From the NCBI GenBank assembly GCA_007695245.1, contig REEE01000213.1:3906-67905 (forward strand): 64,000 nt of DNA, read 5' to 3'. This stretch comes from Candidatus Competibacteraceae bacterium (GTDB taxonomy: Bacteria; Pseudomonadota; Gammaproteobacteria; Competibacterales; Competibacteraceae). Shown piece by piece: positions 61,540 through 64,000 of this stretch. Both the position numbers and the translations under genes were made by a program. Under the pieces are notes generated by a model that was given only the letters and a program-made list of their open reading frames with translations, did not search any database and had not been told where the DNA came from. Within the stretch, counting starts at the first letter, position 1. The number at the start of each line of letters is the position of its first letter.

Positions 61540-61854
61540 TGCTCTCCTAATGGTTTCTCAAGTGGGCTGGTCGAGTCTCATGCGGGTTGGGTACCCCAAG
61601 GATAATGCTCGCTAACCCGCACGACGGCCACTCAACTCTGCAACCCAAGGTTTTCGATCCATTGTAGCGCAGCCGAACAGACGGTTCGGGGAAAAGGCCA
61701 ATCGACACTTGCCAAAGCGGTACCCTTACACCACCCTCGCCGATCCTTGGACGAGCATGGTTCTAGGCGGCGGGATGTGGCAAGATGATTTTTGAAAAAT
61801 GCGGATCTTGGCGTATTCAACCCACCATCAGGCAACACGCATCGGTCACTGCTC

Positions 61855-62562
61855 ATGCAAGCCATCAATATTATTATTTTTTTATTCTTCATACTCGGTT
61901 GGACAGTTTCCCCATCCATGGCCCACGATCTGTGGCTGGAGCGGGAAAACGGCGACCACGTACTCTATCAAGGCCATCGTCACTCGAACCATGCGGGCGA
62001 CGACCGGGTCGCCTACGAACCGGAGATCGTGAAGGCGATCACTTGTGCCGATGAAGCAGGCGCGCGCCGGACCATCGACCCTCCGACCGCGTACCCGGCG
62101 CGCATCGCCGGACCTTGCGCCGCGCTGCATGTCCTCACGTCCACCGGCTACTGGACGCGCACCACCCAGGGTCTGCGCAACCAGCCGCGGAGCGAGCTGA
62201 CTGGCGCGATCAAAAGCTGGGAATCCCTGACCGGCATCAAACGCCTGAATTCCTGGTCGCCCGCCCTCGCCGCGCCGCTCTCGGAGGCTTTGGAAATCAC
62301 CCCGCTCGCCGATCCCGCCGCCCTCGCTCCCGGCAGTCCACTGCGTTTGCTGATCACCCTGGCGGGACAACCCCAAGAGGGCGTGGCGGTCACTCGCGAC
62401 GGCGAGTTCCAGGGCGTGAGCGACGCTACGGGCCAAGTCAGTGTCCGCCTGAAGCGCGGTGATTTACGTTTCCTCAGCGCCCGCTTCGAGGAACCCCGCG
62501 CCGATGGGCTGGCCGACACCACGCTTCACTACGCCACCTTGATGCTGGAATTGCCGGAATGA
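61855..62562 (+). CDS. Periplasmic DUF4198/NikK-like component of an ECF-type Ni/Co uptake system
   Basis: About 235 aa from ATG 61855. Signal peptide MQAINIIIFLFFILGWTVSPSMA, then HDLWLE (a typical DUF4198 mature N-terminus, from memory). The C-terminal beta-sandwich-like segment is GQPQEGVAVTRDGEFQGVSDATGQVSV. The ORF-track TTG 61792 is an alternative start. Confidence 0.65.
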   Translation: MQAINIIIFLFFILGWTVSPSMAHDLWLERENGDHVLYQGHRHSNHAGDDRVAYEPEIVKAITCADEAGARRTIDPPTAYPARIAGPCAALHVLTSTGYWTRTTQGLRNQPRSELTGAIKSWESLTGIKRLNSWSPALAAPLSEALEITPLADPAALAPGSPLRLLITLAGQPQEGVAVTRDGEFQGVSDATGQVSVRLKRGDLRFLSARFEEPRADGLADTTLHYATLMLELPE

Positions 62563-63011
62563 AGAACGGGCTACTCGCGGCGATCCTGATCCTGCTTGCG
62601 CCACCGCTGTCCGCTCACGATCTGCGCCACCAGGTCGGCGCGGCCGAAGCGGTGGTGGTGAAGCTGTACTACGACGGCGGCGAGCCGTTCGCCTACGAGA
62701 GCTACGAACTATACCGCGAGGGCGAGGACTTGCCCGCGCAAATCGGCCGCACCGACGCGCGCGGACGCATCGTCTTTCTGGCCGACCACTCGAACGCCTG
62801 GCAACTGAAAACCCACTCCGAGGACGGCCACGGTCTGGAGGCGCGCATTGAGGTTTCCGCCATGGGAGCGGTGACGCTGGAACGCGGCGCGTTCGCGGAA
62901 CGCTATCCCCGACTCCTCGCCGGGATAGCGGTCATCTTGGGCCTGTTCGGGCTTTACCAGTTGTTTTTCAAATCAAAGCTGGCCAGTCGCCGATCGCGGG
63001 TCCAGGGCTGA
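62559..63011 (+). CDS. Small periplasmic protein with a C-terminal TM anchor (NikL-like accessory component?)
   Basis: 150 aa. ATGA overlap with the upstream stop. Signal peptide ...LLAPPLSA, then HDLRHQV, then a C-terminal TM LLAGIAVILGLFGLYQLFF. The role is inferred from its position between the NikK-like and NikM-like genes. Confidence 0.5.
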   Translation: MKNGLLAAILILLAPPLSAHDLRHQVGAAEAVVVKLYYDGGEPFAYESYELYREGEDLPAQIGRTDARGRIVFLADHSNAWQLKTHSEDGHGLEARIEVSAMGAVTLERGAFAERYPRLLAGIAVILGLFGLYQLFFKSKLASRRSRVQG

Positions 63012-63017
63012 ACGAAC

Positions 63018-63731
63018 ATGCACATCCCGGACGGCTTCATCAGCCCGCAAACCTACCTGCCGGCCTACGCCGTGGCCGGCTGCGCCTGGGTTTACGCAGC
63101 CCAGCGGGTGCGCCAGGCGCTGGGCGACGAGACGGTGCCCCGCTTGGCGGTGCTGACCGCCCTGGTCTACGCGCTGAGCCTGGTGATGCTGCCTCTGCCC
63201 GGCGGCACTTCGGCCCATGTCCTCGGCGTGGGGTTGCTGGCCCTGCTGTTCGGGGTGTGGACCGCCTTTCTGGCCTACAGCCTGGTGCTGGCCCTCCAGG
63301 CGCTGCTGTTTGGTGCGGGCGGTCTCACGGCGCTACCGATTAACGCCCTGGCCATGGGGCTGGCGGGCGCGGCGGCGGCGGTGGGCGTTTACCGCCTGCT
63401 CGCGCCGCGTCACGAAACCGCCGCCGTGGCCTTGGCCGCCTGGGGTTCCGTCACGGTCGCCGCGCTGCTGATCGCGCTGGTGCTGGGCGTTCAACCGCTG
63501 ATCGCCAGCGCGCCTGACGGCACACCGCGCTTTTTCCCCTTTGGTCTGGCCATCACCCTGCCCGCCGTGGTGCTGCCGCATCTGCTCCTGGGCGTGGCGG
63601 AAGCCGCCCTGACGGTGCTGGTCTGGCGCTACGCCAAGACGCGGGGATGGCTGGCTCGATCCGGCGATAGTCCGCACGCGCCGCACGCACCGGCCGCCCA
63701 AAGCGTACCGAACGAGGAGCGCCAAGGGTGA
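63018..63731 (+). CDS. ECF transporter substrate-capture component CbiM/NikM
   Basis: 237 aa. The invariant N-terminus MHIPDGFISP, then ...LPLPGGTSAHVLG... Multi-TM. Confidence 0.88.
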   Translation: MHIPDGFISPQTYLPAYAVAGCAWVYAAQRVRQALGDETVPRLAVLTALVYALSLVMLPLPGGTSAHVLGVGLLALLFGVWTAFLAYSLVLALQALLFGAGGLTALPINALAMGLAGAAAAVGVYRLLAPRHETAAVALAAWGSVTVAALLIALVLGVQPLIASAPDGTPRFFPFGLAITLPAVVLPHLLLGVAEAALTVLVWRYAKTRGWLARSGDSPHAPHAPAAQSVPNEERQG

Positions 63732-64000
63732 GGAGTCCGTCCGCAGTGAGCGCGCGGGTGTGGCTGCTGATTTATGCCGCGGCCTTGCTCGCCGCCACGC
63801 TCGTCCACGATCCGTACTGGCTGGGCGGCACCCTGCTCGTTGCAGTGATCGCCAGTGGGCGGGACCGCTGGCGTCTCGTCCGCCGCACCGTGTGCGCCGT
63901 GGTCATGTTCAACGGCGTCGTGAGTCTGGGTTACGCACTGGTCGCCGGGCTGCGCGGGGAGTTTTCGCCCGCATACCTGCTCCTGATCAACCTGCGTGTG
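63728..64000 (+). CDS. ECF transporter T component CbiQ/NikQ-like, N-terminal part (runs off the window)
   Basis: GTG 63728 overlaps the cbiM/nikM stop (GTGA). The frame stays open to the window end and translates to VRSPSAVSARVWLLIYAAALLAATLV...VVMFNGVVSLGYALVAG, which is hydrophobic and CbiQ-like in position. Confidence 0.55.
   Translation, partial: MRSPSAVSARVWLLIYAAALLAATLVHDPYWLGGTLLVAVIASGRDRWRLVRRTVCAVVMFNGVVSLGYALVAGLRGEFSPAYLLLINLRV

Noticed and set aside
61560-61850. Possible cobalamin riboswitch or NikR operator upstream of the cbiM/nikM-type operon.
   Set aside because: A GCCACT-like string and a GGGAA element are present but in the wrong order and context. No B12-box (AGYCMGGAGACCKGCC-like) and no GTATGA-N16-TCATAC palindrome was found. 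It is kept only as an unexplained-leader finding.

Overview
High-GC (about 63-65%) proteobacterial chromosome segment, gammaproteobacterial-like in synteny, and almost entirely core or housekeeping. In order: rlmE(partial)-ftsH-folP-glmM-tpiA-secG-tRNA-Leu; a complete 14-gene complex I operon nuoA-N with separate nuoC and nuoD; a DUF2818-like gene; a stand-alone phosphoribulokinase; an orphan YejA-like solute-binding protein; fabI. On the minus strand comes the classic tig-clpP-clpX-lon-hupB-(tRNA Val/Asp/Asp)-ppiD block. Then a 5-tRNA cluster, cysS, gltX, ppiA-ppiB-lpxH-DUF1249, iscR-iscS, a partial type II secretion operon (gspCDEF), an NAD-linked soluble [NiFe] hydrogenase operon (hoxFUYHW), an L,D-transpeptidase/Lpp envelope module, and the start of an ECF-type Ni/Co uptake operon (nikK/L/M/Q-like). 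I found no rRNA, CRISPR array, transposase, integrase, phage gene or recognisable defence system. The only poorly explained part is the envelope-related accessory stretch at about 48-50 kb and 56-61.5 kb. The main item there is a minus-strand run of four uncharacterised genes (58.6-61.5 kb), two of them built around in-frame tandem repeats, with an 11-bp direct-repeat element in one intergenic region. I flag this as the best candidate for something undescribed, but I cannot assign it a function from sequence alone. Product calls come from recognising motifs and families in the supplied translations. No database search was run. Start codons were refined by eye using homolog N-termini, Shine-Dalgarno spacing and stop/start overlaps.
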